This document shows positions 10,314 to 37,178 of a stretch of 64,000 nt of DNA, piece by piece; the first letter of the stretch is position 1, and each line of letters opens with the position of its first letter. The stretch covers positions 78,430,001 to 78,494,000 of the forward strand of contig CM060731.1 of NCBI GenBank assembly GCA_030704615.1, in the 5' to 3' direction. A program made the translations under genes and the position numbers. The stretch comes from Takakia lepidozioides. Taxonomy: Eukaryota > Plantae > Bryophyta. The notes beneath the pieces were generated by a model. The model did no database searches. It was not told the DNA's origin and was given only the letters and a program-made list of their open reading frames with translations.

Positions 10314-12118
10314 GCACTATGTAATTCTTGCCGGCATCAAATATTCAATCTCCAGATGTCCCAAAAAAGAGAAAAAGGACGCCGCCGACTCATAACAATA
10401 ATATTTGACACCTCCTGAAGGAAGCGTAAATTATGGTATCTCACCTGCCTTCCGTTAGGAAGGTGGACACCATTGTGACACCAACAATGATTGAACCCAC
10501 AACCACTTTTGAGGTGGTATCTGCCCATTACCACTCGGCTACAACTCGGTTGTCCCACCAACTCAGATCATAGTGTCTCTTCATCCCTAGCCTAAGTTAC
10601 TACTCCCCTCCCTTGGAAAGTGGACAATTTGAACCCTAGGTTTAGGTTATGCCCTAGATCACCTAGGATATGCACAAGGCAAGGCCCAAACTCCCAACCA
10701 CTGGGCTACAGGCTCCAGATGGCAGATATTTCATGCTAAATTTGGTGAAATCGTCCCCTGTCCCTTTTGAGAATGTCCCGTGTCCCTTGTAGGGACATGG
10801 CTAGGGACAAAAGACAAAACGTCGCAATGCTATCGCCCGGCCCGGCCGGTCCCGGGCATCCCTCCTACCGGCGGTCGCCGACCCAACCGTCGCCCGGTCG
10901 GGCGTTATTGCGCGGAACCGACACCTGTCGACCATGGGATGTCACCGATCCACTCAAGGCTGGATATGGTGCTCTCCCAATACTCTGGAGCTCTGTGCTC
11001 TGGGCTAGATTAGATGATGCGATGCATTGGGAGGTGATGGCGGATCATGTTCTCCAGAGTCTCTCCAACAACATTTTCGCAGGATTTTTCTTTGGTGCGT
11101 TGCTTTTCCACTATCATTTTCTCAAACGTGAGATCTTGTCTGAAGGGGAGGGACTGGGGATGGGGTATGGGGCCCTTGGATTTCAACACTGGACAGCTGT
11201 AGTATTGATCTAATGAATTTCAGTTGCATGCTTGTATTTCTCTTCATTGTCCTACAGTAACAATTACAAATTACTCACATGCTGAGGTCGGATTGTTTTT
11301 TTAAATGTAATGTTTTTGAAGTAGATCAGGTGCTTAGTTCTGTAATTTTGTAAATGTGGGGTATAGCGGAAGACCTGTATCTGAGGGATTCCCTTCCATC
11401 CACGTTCGTACTGCCAAAGCTCTCATATTGGAGTTCTTTGTGTCATGATATTTTAAAACGACACAGAAATGCAGTTCGCATTCACTTGATACTCATTTGT
11501 AAAATCTAGAAGCAAGTTCTCAACTACTGTGTTTCTCTTTCTTGTCGGTACACTATGATTCCCTTCTGTTCTTTAGTATGTGAATCCAAGCACCGATGCT
11601 TCTCACCAAACCCTAATTGATCAATAAATGCAATACTCTGTTCCCTTTTGCTACCATGGCTTCTATCTTCCCTGAGGAATCTTGATACTCTGTTCTGGTT
11701 AAACCCTTCTCTTTAGGTGCTTCATCTTCTCACTGGTTCAGCTGCACACTGCAATTTAACCTAAATTAAGGATGCTTCCAGGAAGATAATTCAGCATCGT
11801 TGCAGGAGAACCTTATACTCCTTTGGCACAACTACCTTTCTGCAATAAAATCACCATTTTTCCTTTCCTGTCATGCTCCAATCTGCCAGGTTTATCTGAA
11901 AAAGTATACAGCAAATGTAACATTCTCCTTGGTATACTATCACCATGACCGACCGGAGTTAAAATGCTGTCATTTGATACCATGTTTACCACTTGCGTAA
12001 AATGTTTCTAACTATCTCTGAGAAGCTTTTCTATGCAGCTTCTTGTGTTCATCAAGAGGAGTTAGAAATGTGGTGGCAATTGTCCTCCTGATATTTGCGT
12101 TGACCATTTGCTCTTCAA

Positions 12119-25390
<13,272 letters not shown>

Positions 25391-28300
25391 GTGGTCCTGC
25401 CCAATTGGTTATCTGAAATGGTTCAGGCTGCAGCTAGACCGCCACTTGGCAGCACCTAATCTTTACACATGAAAGGAAAGACGGTGAGGATTTCTTTCGT
25501 TTCTGCTCTTGGCATCTCTTCCCTTACAGTTTCCATACTCTTGGGAGTGGTGGATACTTACCTTAGAACCTGTGGAGGGTTTTGAGACTGGTGTAGAAAG
25601 ATACACCAAAGCTCGAACGAGCTGAATTGAAAGCAGTTGCAGTTGAGAAAACATGGACCGGTGACTACTTTTCAGGTCCCACCCTGATGATGTCCCACTC
25701 ACAGACACCTTGAAGATTCCAGTCATAGTTGGCGTAACAGCATGGCAGCTCTCTTGGGCAGGCCACATAATTGTGATACCTTCATGTAATCATGCATTTG
25801 CATTTCACTTGCTCGAAGTGTATTGAGGATGTACATCACAAGAGAATTAGGCTTATGAAAGGATAACAGGTTACTTTCTCCTGAAGCAGCTAGTCCGTGT
25901 GTCGGGAGAGTTAGATGCTTGTCTGTTTTGTTTGGCAGGTCGGAGGCATCTACACCCAAGTGCCTGTGGTAGGAATGAGACCATCTTGTCCAGTGGTCAT
26001 TTATTTGATACCAGTTGTTATGACTTCACCATAAAAGTATGGTGGGCCGTTGTCACATATTCTTTTTACAATAATTTTCAGACATTACTGGGAATGCTCT
26101 CCTTTGGGATTCTTCTTCACAACTGTAAATTATCTCTCAATCCAAGATATCTGTTTCTGAATTGACACCTTCATTGGATCCAAACTTTCTGCTCATCACT
26201 GACGTATCCATGAATTTAAGGGTGTCCTGCAGCATCAATGGCTATCTACATGGGTGGCCATTCAGGTTCTATGGATGGGCTGTGCAGCCTAGCAGCAGAT
26301 CATGCGTGATAGGAAGTTGAATGGGGAGTGTATGATCTATTTACATGAACTTTTTTAAGGTTTGGAGATGCAGTAGAAAGACTACATATTCTGAACCCAC
26401 TCTGCAAGATCACCGGCTTCATGGAAGAGCTTCTCCTGTTATGGTTATTTTTTCCATAACCCCTCTATTAATTATATAAGAGCCTCTGTTCCCTTTTTTT
26501 CAAAAGAAAAGTAGAGCTCGAACAAAGCCTTGTGTCTTACAGAAAGGAGTGGGTGGCCGAACTTTTAGATTACAGTCTAGCCCACCAAAATACCCACCCT
26601 CCTTTATAAATATGTTGTTGCTAACAAGGCCTGTTGTATTCCAATGCATCTCTCTTCCTCAATCAATCCTGTGCGCCGGAATCAATAGGTACAAGTTTTC
26701 TTTCTTTCAGTTTGTTTTTTGTTTTTCTTTGGAGGTATGATTCCTTACTCATGATTGAATGCCCTGCATTTATCTGACTGTGTAAGGAAAGTATTGGAAT
26801 CTTGAACTTCTAAATTTATCTTTATGGCGATAATCTCAGACGGATAACATACTTGTGTTCAGACTTCAGACTTGAGACCCCCCATGCTAAATGAAGGAAA
26901 TTTTAGTATAAACTTTTAAATCAATAGGCTTATCTTCAGTAGAGTAATGTCTAAATTATTCTGGCGACGACCAAAGGTCGGAAGCTAGTTTAGCGTAGAG
27001 CAGGAATAGGGTGCCATAGTGCCGCATCATCATCATCACATCATCATCACCATGTCATCATTGCCACATCATTGCCATGTCATCTTCTCCACGTCATCAT
27101 CGTCAATTTTTTGTAACCTGCCCGGACTACCTGCCCGAAAAACCCCAAAAGAACTCGTTGTGCCCAGTTTTTTGGAGCTTGCCCGGATTGCCCGGTTCTT
27201 GAACTTCTTGAATGAACTTCCTCAATTGCAGGAGCTCTTGAAAGCGGCTTTGAGCTACGTACATTTTTGTCTTCTAGCGCAAACCGGACACCCAAGAAGC
27301 CCGCCTCCGTCACCCCCAATCTCGTCCTCCCAGACTTTTTGCCTCGAGCCTTAGAAGACCTATTGCGCAAACCGGACACCCAAGAGGTACATTCAACACC
27401 AGTTTTAGTCTTAGGAGTTCTGACATGATGCATGTGGGACATGGAGTTATGTATTCATGAGTAGACGAAGAAAGATACGAAGATCCTTTTATGTCAAGTT
27501 TCAAAGAGTCCTTGGGAGGGACGGTAGTGGAAAGAAGTTTTCCCAGAACGCTAGAGCGGGAGGTATAATTGTTGGGCAGCTCGCACAAAGCAGATTGATG
27601 CTTATAGCTATACAATTGCCTAGCCTATACTCATATGTGCGATTCCATTTGTGACACAGACAGCTTTATATGCATCTTGTTCACCAAGTTACTGTCTAGT
27701 TTTCCCACTTTTAAATTAGTATTGCTCAAAGAGCCATTTCTCAGAACTAGGAGTACTCAGGGCTTCCACTTTGATACAAAGGCAATTGTTGCTGGAAAAG
27801 GGTGTACTATTGATAAACCAACAAGGTGGGAGAGGAGCAGATAGCATTACCGTCGTATCAGATAGGACCTGTGGAAGCTTTGGATCTATTTCTTTTTTGG
27901 TCTTTCTATTCAGCCCCTGACAAAACCGAAAACATACTTCATCTCGTCTTTTGTCTGCTTTTTCTAGGCGACTAAGGAGCCCTCCCAGAGCCAGATTTAT
28001 CTAAGATTGGGACAAAGGAAACTCCACAGATCGAAATAGCACAATTCCAGCTTTGAGGATCTCACCATGCATTCAATTCCAGCTGGACACCATATCCCTT
28101 ATGCACCAATACAAATATCTTGCTACCCACTTCGCCCCCTACCTCCTCGAATCACTACCCATCCCCTCCACTCACCAACAAACTGCCCCCCACACCATTT
28201 CCACCTTTGGCCTCCCAGCTTGCACATACCTTGCACTCTCCCACACCTCCCACAAACTTCAAGCCTTCCCACCATACCACCTCCTCTCCTCCCTTATTGT

Positions 28301-29539
28301 CCTCATCTCCCCCCTGCCCCAAGAATGTAACGACTACCTTACGTCCCAACCAGATTCCCCACTTATTTTCCTACTACATCACCTACAAGACCTACCCACA
28401 CACATCAGCAACTACTACTTATAGAAACCTATGAAGTGGCCGGTTCAGATAGGCAGGGTTAAGGCAACTGACTTAACCAAAGATTTTGATTTGGGTTGGT
28501 TGTGCAAAAAAACAAGCCAAGCAATAGTTCACGGGGGGCGCTTGCAGCTGCCCATGGAACTCGGTTCTTAGCAAAGAAAAGAAAGTGAGCTTTCAACTTT
28601 TTCAAGAGTGAACATGTAACTGCAAGGATCTAGTGAGATGATAACTGACAACGAGGAAATAGTATTTGGATTCAACAAAACATGTAATCGAGTCTTCACA
28701 GTAACGTGTGACAAACATTAACTCTGACAAGGTACAAACTGAAGTCATAGACAGTTTGAGTTTCAAGTCACATCAAGATGAGAGGCTGACATGGTCAAGG
28801 ACTATCAATGAGAGAACAGAAGTAAATGATTGCCAATTTGTGATGACAGAGGAGGAATGAGAGGAGCACATAAGAGCCATACTAAACATGGGAATGACAG
28901 TGAGAAGAAACTCATAAACTCAAGGGACAAAGACACAAAGACTGCTTTCTACCTGCAGTGCAGAGTCGAAAACAACAGGTGTAGCAATAACATCCTAGAT
29001 AGAGGGAATGGAAGGCCAGCTCGTAGCATGCCACCTCAACAAGATAAAATCCTCTATGTACACTAAAATGAGTTCTGATGAGCCTTCTCATCAGGACGGT
29101 CAAGTTATTGTTTATACACGTGAGTTAAAGCAATGGGAAAGAGTACATAGCCTGTTGTACAATCCCGCTGTGAAAAGCAGTAGTGATAGTTTCAATTTCA
29201 ATTTCAACTACATATTGTGCCCATGTCTCTTGCCATTATTGCCTCCCTATTTTTTCTCCAAAGTAAGACAAAAAGATTACATCCCCGCACTCTCAACCCA
29301 TGACAAGAACTCCACAAAGAGTGTTGTTTTCTCCATTATCGCCTCCTAATTTTTTCTACAGAGTAAGACAAAATGATTACATTCCCCCACTGCCCCCAGA
29401 GATGAGGAATGTCTCTGAGTACCATTCTCTCTGTCCATGTAGACTTCTGTACAATGTATCTTAGTTACATGATGTTGAGGTTCATGATCCTCAAACAAGA
29501 ATAAACCATTTGTGTAAATTATTTTCAAAGTTAAAAGCC

Positions 29540-30520
29540 ATATGGATGTTGCCTTCCATAGCTAACACAGCTAGGTGAACTAGTCACCTAATGTGAGTGC
29601 ATGTGGACTTTCTAGTCCTAGAGGGACATTTGGGAAGATCGTTGGTCCTCTACATAGTTGTCGAAAGGTGGTTGAAATTAGATTCAGTGGTTAAGAAATC
29701 TCATAAAGGTGAAAAACAAGTGACTAGTTGTGTAAATGGTGACCAAGAGGCTCAGTTTGTTAAGTGCACTAAGTGCCACCCAGATGATTCTGGGGTCAAA
29801 TCTTGCTACTTGACGGGTGTGGTATTCTCCCCCTTCCCTGGGCGGTGTCCCACGCGTCCGTGGCACAGTTACGGTGAAAGACGTTATTTTCTCCTCTCAC
29901 CATTCTCTGACTATTAAGGGGCCTGATTTGTGAACTGTCGCTCCAAGGTGTTTCCCTTTCAAAAAATAAATAAATAAAATGGTGTGAATAGATATCTATG
30001 TTCATCCCAAAAGAAAAAGAAAAAAGTGGACGCTTGATTAAGCAAGCATAATTTATGGGGAACACTTGATCCAAAGGCCTACACCTTTATGACGTTGAGC
30101 ACACTTGTGTGCTTTTGAACTCACAACCACTTGTGAGGCAGTGTTATGCTCTAAACAGTAAGTCTATCTATTGGACCTATGTTCATCCATAATTAGCTTT
30201 AAAAACTCAAAGGCAAAACCTATTTACTTTACAACCAATTATGCACTTGTGAATTTTCATTATCAATGTTTCATTCGATTTTTCTTTATCATTCATTGTA
30301 CAACCAAGTTTGGACATTTTGTGACATGCTCATGCTCTTCATAGCAAGGTAAGTATATGCATGAATTGTTTTGTCGCCCATCTTCACGGAGTTAAGTATC
30401 ACTCTTGTCTCTTTTCTTGAATGTGGCATCTTCGGCTTCAAATGGGGGGGCAAGGATGTAGTCTGCAATGGTCCTCAATATTGCAAACCTTCCGACATTG
30501 CTTCTGCCGAAACAAATCTG
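29540..30520 (-). pseudogene. Highly decayed CACTA/EnSpm transposase remnant
   Basis: The minus-strand translation near 30290-30450, MPHSRKETRVILNSVKMGDKTIHA..YEEHEHVTKCP (with frameshifts), resembles the CACTA pattern LPxSxxEAKxxLxxLGLxYxKIHAC..YxxxxxxLxxCP. An LVHLA..G..H-like stretch lies near 29560-29600. Confidence 0.45.
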
Positions 30521-31053
30521 TAAATTAAGCATCAACAAGATAGTAGAAAGCCAACTCACTTTCGCCCCTTCATACAAAAAGAGTGGGTTGCTTTTTGCAC
30601 CTGTCACAACGCATTTCAAAGGCAAAAAAAAAGCAATAAAAAAAATTGAAAGTAAAAAGAAAGGCAATGACAAAAAACTGCATGTCACAGTAAAAGGCAA
30701 AAAGTAAAAATAAAACCTGTCAAAAGAGAGGTAAAGAGTACAAAATATTTTTACAAATTTTTGGTAATTATTGATATTCTTACTAGCAAGTCTAGCTTGG
30801 GGAATTACTGCCAGCTACCCTTCATTTCTCTTAAATCCTAAAACATGTCTCTCTTTCTTGTACATGCTCCAGGGCTCAAACAAGCTCTCCGGTGGCTCTC
30901 ATACTTTAGGGATTTCAATAGTGGTACGCTGGTATAGTGCTCAATGGTGGTAAGCTTGCAGGCTCTTAGACCTTAGTGGACTTCACTACGTTGGTACAGT
31001 GTTCAACAATGGTATACTAGTAGAGTGCTCAATGGTGGTACTCAATAGCGGTT

Positions 31054-31560
31054 GTGGATAGCTTGAATGAGATATTGCATGACCTTCTACTTTTTAATGC
31101 ATCAAAGCTCTTCAATCCAAAATATTATCCAAGTCATGAAGAGGCTCGTATCAATATGTTTGAGCAATGGTTGGAGAGGTTGATCTTGAAATTTGGATTA
31201 ACAGAGGCTAAAAGTGATGCAAATAGAGCTAAGTTGTTTGAGTTTGTGAAAACCTTTAGGCAAGAATATGAAAACAAATCATTGTTTGAGGCGTGACGAT
31301 TGTGTGGAGGTACCAACGAGTGGCATACTAATTGACCACACCTCAAAATCATTTGTGAGTCCCACAAGTACGACAATTTGTGAGAGGGGTTTATCAAAAT
31401 AAAATGCTATCAAGAGCCATTTGCGAGCTGGATTGATGTTGGATACTTTGGATGCTTTGATGCGAGTGTCATTATGCGGGATCGAATTGGAGAATATGGA
31501 TTGGAGGCGATCTTCGGAGTGTGGCGCAACATGAGAAATACATTTGTCACGGCGATATAG
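31054..31560 (+). pseudogene. hAT transposase C-terminal (dimerisation domain) remnant
   Basis: STTICERGLSK*NAIKSHLRAGLMLDTLDALMRVSLCG matches the hAT consensus SxxxCERxFSxxxxIKxxxRxxLxxxxLxxLM; it contains stops and frameshifts. Confidence 0.85.
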
Positions 31561-32591
31561 GCCCATGGCCAAGTCATCATAGTATCCTAGCCGTGAAGCA
31601 CATCAAATTTAATGAGTATCTCTACGGCATATCTAAGGTAGTATGGAGCAGCCACTACAACAGCTCTATATGGAATCCTACGATGACAACATTAGTTCAT
31701 CTATTAGGATAAAAAATGATAAGGAAAGAGTGGGCCATCACAACATGTGCTGTTGACACATGTTGTACATCATATTGTACATTTATTTATTCCGAAAGGG
31801 GACAGACGCCCTTTTAATCAAATTAAATAAATGAGATTACAAAATGGTGGAAAAAATTCTGCTGATTTGGTTCCGAAGCGTTGCCTTTTTGGATCAGCCT
31901 CTATGGCCTTATGTATGAGGTTATTTTTTCCTCTTGTATTTTCCGGACTTCATGTCCTTATATATAAAGTTTCAAGGCCTCCGTCCCTCTTTTCTAAAAA
32001 AAAATAAAAAATAAAAAAAATTCGTGAAACCGCTGCAATGCACCCCTACTCATAGAGGGTTTTCGAGCGGTATCAAGATCCCTGGAGGAGGCTTTGCGGT
32101 TTGGGAGATCTCAACAACGCTACAAAAATAGAGAAGACGATGACCAGTTGGGTGTAACTAAGAGCATTTCACCTTCCAGCTAGTCTGTGTCAAGGTCCTA
32201 GAAAAATGTGTTTTTGGCTTAATCGGATATTTTATGTTGGGGTTGGAGGTTTGTTATATTTCAATTTTCGTTTGTTAGAGCTGTTAGGTGTATTTGTTTG
32301 AGGCATGTCATGATGGCTCGGTTGGATAGCTTAAGGGTACTGTGTAGAGATTATATGTGTGGATGCCATCCCTAACTCAGGCTGTGATGACCATGAGGGG
32401 TGAATGTGCCATCCGCGGTTCCGTAGGGCAATACTTAGCAAAGTATATTTTTCTTATTTATTTTGGGAAGATAATAGGAATAATATAAGAACTTAATGCA
32501 CGCGTGCAACCTCACAGGATGGTACGCTGGTTTCCGGCATGTCAAATCTTCCCCACCCTCTCTTGAGAGTGACATGGAACTGAAGGAGTGT

Positions 32592-32860
32592 CAACTCCAG
32601 TCGGGGTTACACGAGGTGGTGTATAACTCAACTTGGGGTTACATTGGGTTACACGAGGTGTTGTATAACTCCACTTGGGGTTACACGACGAGGTGTGTAG
32701 CTCCACTCGGGGTTACACAAGTCGGTGTAACCCACACTTGGTCGAATTTGACTAAGTCCAAATGTGGCTAAGTATAAAATGGACTAACCAGAGTTACATG
32801 AGAAACCGGGGTTACAGAGGGTTACACCAATTGGAGGGTTACATCAACCAGGGTTACACT
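32592..32860. repeat. Degenerate array of GGGTTACA-containing units (about 30-40 bp)
   Basis: About nine direct GGGTTACA copies, e.g. GGGGTTACACGAGGTGGTGTATAACTCAACTT repeated imperfectly, plus an inverted GTGTAACCC. Confidence 0.7.
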
Positions 32861-35800
32861 ACAAGAGCCTCCCATCAAGAGTTGATCCCTGAACCTCGCC
32901 GCCTGCAATGCAATCGCCTTACCGTCACGCTACCCACCACAGCTTGCAACCCACTTGGATTGAGTGGATTGCATCAGCTATGGCTTGTTGACGTACAAAC
33001 AAACTGAAGCAAAACAAAACAAAACAAGCCTCAAATTGCAATGGGCTCTCTTGCTTTGGCAAAACATAAGAGGAAGAGAAAACTAGGGAGCATGTGTCAG
33101 CACAACGCACCAATCGGAGCCTTGACACGGTGTAAGGTCCGTTGACCTTATTTTCTCCGTTGACTTCAACATGATGCATAGTCTCTCTCTAAGAGAGCCA
33201 ACAAACTACCTTGGTGTTTTGCTTAATGTGTAGATGTGTATTGAGTGGGCAGACATGGTAGCCTTGGTCCTACACCAGATAATTTTTAGATTATGTGAAA
33301 ATGATGATAGGTGCCATTCATCATCAGGATTAGGTGTAAGCAAAACACAAAAAGATTAATCAGTCAGCAAGAGGAGGCCGAAAAACATAAAAAATTACCG
33401 ATAAGCAGGTAGTTGTTAACTCAGAAACCCTTAAAGGCGAGGGACGGACTCAAAAAGAAGTTTGAACTCTCCCATAAGTAAACAGGGAAGTGAACTACAA
33501 AGTGTGAGACATCTTCAATGGTGTCAAAGTATAGACAAGATATCGTTGCCCACCTCAAGCAGTAATGATTTGAAAGGCATCCTATATTGATATAACCCAA
33601 TCCCCATTTTTAGTTGAGTTAGAAGCAGCTGCCAATCTCTCTGAGAGATGTGAAAAGATTGATAACAAGTGATCAGAGCAACGGTCCTAAACAGTCAGTA
33701 TTATAGAACAGTTGAACAAGAAGAACACAAACTGTTACAATGCAATGCAATGCTAAACAAAAATCTCACTGATCTGTATACTGCAGTGACAACTACAATG
33801 ACTGATCACAGTTCTTCATTGTTATATGTGCACAACTTTGAAAGCCTCTTGTGTACATCGAGAGGGCACGAGAGAGACGAAGTAGTGAATGAGCAAGGCA
33901 ACCAAGCCCCACTAGAGCTGTACTGCGAGTGATCGCTAAATCTGGACACCCTCAACATTCTTCACTGTTTGTGGACAATTTACGCTGCGTTCTATGCAAG
34001 CCCACAGGGAGTGCCCAGATGACATCACGCTCGCAGCAAGGGGGGATAAATCCAAGAGAGATTGGGAGAGACAAGTTGGAGGGATGAGCGTGGGCCCAGG
34101 CTGCAGCCGGCACCATAAATGAATGCGACGTCAATGCCGCACGGGAGTCCCAAGAGCGCGGCCCAGTTTGCAGTAAAGCGCCGGTAATCCGCGGCTGCAT
34201 TCATTTTCCTCAGCCGCTCTCTTGATCTGCTCTAACGGGCTGTTGTGCCTGGCCCACCACCTCCATCTTCAATGCCGCAGAGACAGCCACGATGCCGTGA
34301 AAGATAGGGCGCCATTGCCCCTTCCTCTTTTTCTTTTTTCTTTTTTTCCTTTCGCCCCCATGATCCATCCTTTCCTAGGACCTCAATAAACTTAACTCTC
34401 CACAGTCAGACCCTTCTCAGCATTGCATGCAAGCAACTGAGATTAAAGGATACAACGATACCTACTGCCTTTCTTCAGCCACTCGTGTTCTTCCTTGTTA
34501 TTAGGAGACGGGTACTTCCTTCCTTTATTGTTGGGAAATTCTTAAAGCTCCCGCAATGAGTCGTCCTTATGCCATGCACGGCCGAGTCCATTGTGATGTA
34601 CTTGTGTCTTAAGGAATGAGTGGATTTGAGCTCATATCCATCTGATTCCACCAAACCTAGTTTTGAATTGAATAGTTATTACCCACTGGGTTATCTGCTG
34701 CAACTAATCCATTGATGAGAGAGAGAATGCGCCTGCCATTAAGATTGGAGTGAATGAGAGCAATCCATTCAATACACCTAGCTCAGGGCCAGAAGCATTC
34801 ATGAATGTATGCGGTACCTAATAAGTTTCACAAATTGCTATCCACTGTAAGGTAAAGAGGTTATTATGTGGACTTGGGGAAGGTAGTACAGAGAACTGAT
34901 GAGCATTACAGTAGCCGCCGCAACCCATCTCGTGTAATAAGCCTTGAGACTACAGCTTTGGACAGGTTTAGTTTATTCTGGTCGTGCATTAAAAGCCAGC
35001 CACGGCCACCACGCACTTTTCCCCAAACCAAGAGATGAGAAAGTCTATGTTGTAGCTGAAAAGTCCTGACAAAATCCTTGCAGAATTGAGCCTGTGACGA
35101 TTGTACTGACCGCTGCGCTTCACAGTGTTGGAAGTTGGAATCGAGAAAGTTACAACGTGAAAGTATGTGCTCTGTAGTCGTTGATCATTACAGTATATGC
35201 ACATCACATTAAATTTGGTGTCTATTTTGTTTCTCTCAAGATTATCCACAGGCCCACATGTCCTTGTAAGAAAGTTTCGGTTACAATGATGCCCAACAAG
35301 TCCACAGCAATCAATCAAACAGATCTGTGAAGTGAAGCACAAAGCAGGGACAAAGGACAAATTTACACACTGCCAGATCACAGAGGTCCCAAACTTTAAC
35401 AGTTGCAACCAAGCCATCCCCCAAATTAAATATCTGCTCACTTCATTCAAACCAGCTCAGCCTTTATCACCCTGCCCATTAAAAGCAATACAGCCCAACA
35501 ACCATCAATACCCTCAGTATCCGTATCAACAGAGCCACTGAGCATTCGTATAATCACCCCAATTCATTGCAATGAACACTGAAAACCTGATTCCCAAACC
35601 CAACACAACCTTCATCACCTGCCCTGGCATTCAAGCCCGCCATCAATACCCTGGGCATCCCTCGCAGCAGAGCCTCCAAACTTTGCATTGAATTCAAACA
35701 GGCCGGCAGTTATGACCCATTCATTCGGATCAACCTCGGAAACCTGACGATCAAGTTGACAAATTTGTTCGAAGTCGGAAGAACAAAAGTATTACTGTAT

Positions 35801-36238
35801 GTTTAACAAAAGCAATGTACCTAACATCCAACCATGCATTTAAACAAACTGTAATCAATGCGCACGACAATCAATGCTGCAATTCAGAGTTGCCAACGTC
35901 GCTCGGCATTGAATGATTTCTCAGGCGGTGACCCTCTTCCCTTCTCGGACTTTATTACATTTCCAAGCCCTTCCTCCAACTATGTAGGCTGTCCTGCTGG
36001 TAACACTTGATAGTCCCGCCCTCCAAGCACGAAGCTGGGCCTCTCTCCTTCCTCTACTAACCTCTGCCAGCTTGCTCTACCGACATATACGAAGTATTTA
36101 CCCTGAGAAAAGGCTATAACGAAATTCGGCAACGGCTCTGGCTGGTTGTGCACGTGCAGCAAGGTGTAAGATTTGGGCTCGCAACAAGTTGAGGCAGTGG
36201 GTGCTGGAGCAGGAGAAGCTGCAGAAGCTGTGGGTGTG

Positions 36239-37178
36239 ATGGATATGCTTCATCAAGCCAAGCGAACTTGGGCTCTTGATGCGGAGCTCTCACTAGCACC
36301 GCCTACCCTCCTTTCGACCCTCAACCAGAACAGTCGGTTGCATCCTTTTGGCGAAGTCGCCACCTGCTCTGGGTCACAGATGTTACTGGACGGAGACAGA
36401 AAACGAAAGAGGGGTGATTGGAGCAGAACACAACAGTCCGAGCATGGTAGCCGGGAGGTGCACGAGGTTGTCACCAATAGCATAGAGCTACAGCCACAAG
36501 CGCCTCTACCTCCTGGCTGGGAACAATGTCTCGATCTTCAGGTGTCCAGACCTTTCGTTCTTCTTTTGGCATGTGTCTGGAGCTGTTTGTCAGACTGAAT
36601 GCAAATTTCATGAACAAATCTGATAATTTGGCTTGACTAGTTATCTCCTTGCAGCACAGCATGATCATGTGCAGTGAGACTGTGAAGGAAAAGACGCTGA
36701 CTCAGATTGGGTGTGGGGGGGGTGCTTGAAACAGTCTGGAGAGATGTATTATGTGAACTGGAACACTAATACGAGGACATCTCAAGATCCGCGACAGTGG
36801 CACTCATGTGACGACCATATGTCTCACAAAGAGAACCTGCCGCTACACTTGCAGTTGGGCAAAGCGTTGCTCAAGCGAGGCGTGTCCAGCATGCAGCCCG
36901 TGTGCTTGGATCTGGGGCTCAACCCACCGTGTACTGATGCAGGTAACAGACAGCAAGGTCGATGGCAACCAGGTGAAGCAGACATGGTAGCGGTGGCATG
37001 CCGGCAGTGCCTTATGTTTGTCATGCTCTCACAGGCTTCTCCATTCTGTCCGAACTGTGGCAGTCGGTATACCTTGGATGTTCAGCCAGAAATGAACATC
37101 AACAGGCCAACCCTCGGATTGTTTGGGCCTAGTGCAGATTTCGGCAGCACATTTCCTCCCTCCCTTGGCCAATTGTAG
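36239..37178 (+). CDS. CFL1: CURLY FLAG LEAF 1-like WW-domain protein
   Basis: Exons 36239-36541 and 36735-37178 give PLPPGWEQCLDLQ^SGEMYYVNWNTNTRTSQDPR (WW domain), EAR-like LDLGLN and C-terminal MVAVACRQCLMFVML..CPNC. Confidence 0.85.

Noticed and set aside
28053-28434. Pro/His-rich ORFs in three frames
   Set aside because: They are a by-product of C-rich low-complexity sequence.
32020-32130. Possible Helitron-type repeat fragment
   Set aside because: The resemblance is from memory only; no TC/CTRR termini or hairpin could be located.
34740-34775. miR159/319-like TTGGAGTGAATGAGAGC
   Set aside because: There are too many mismatches and no convincing long hairpin partner.
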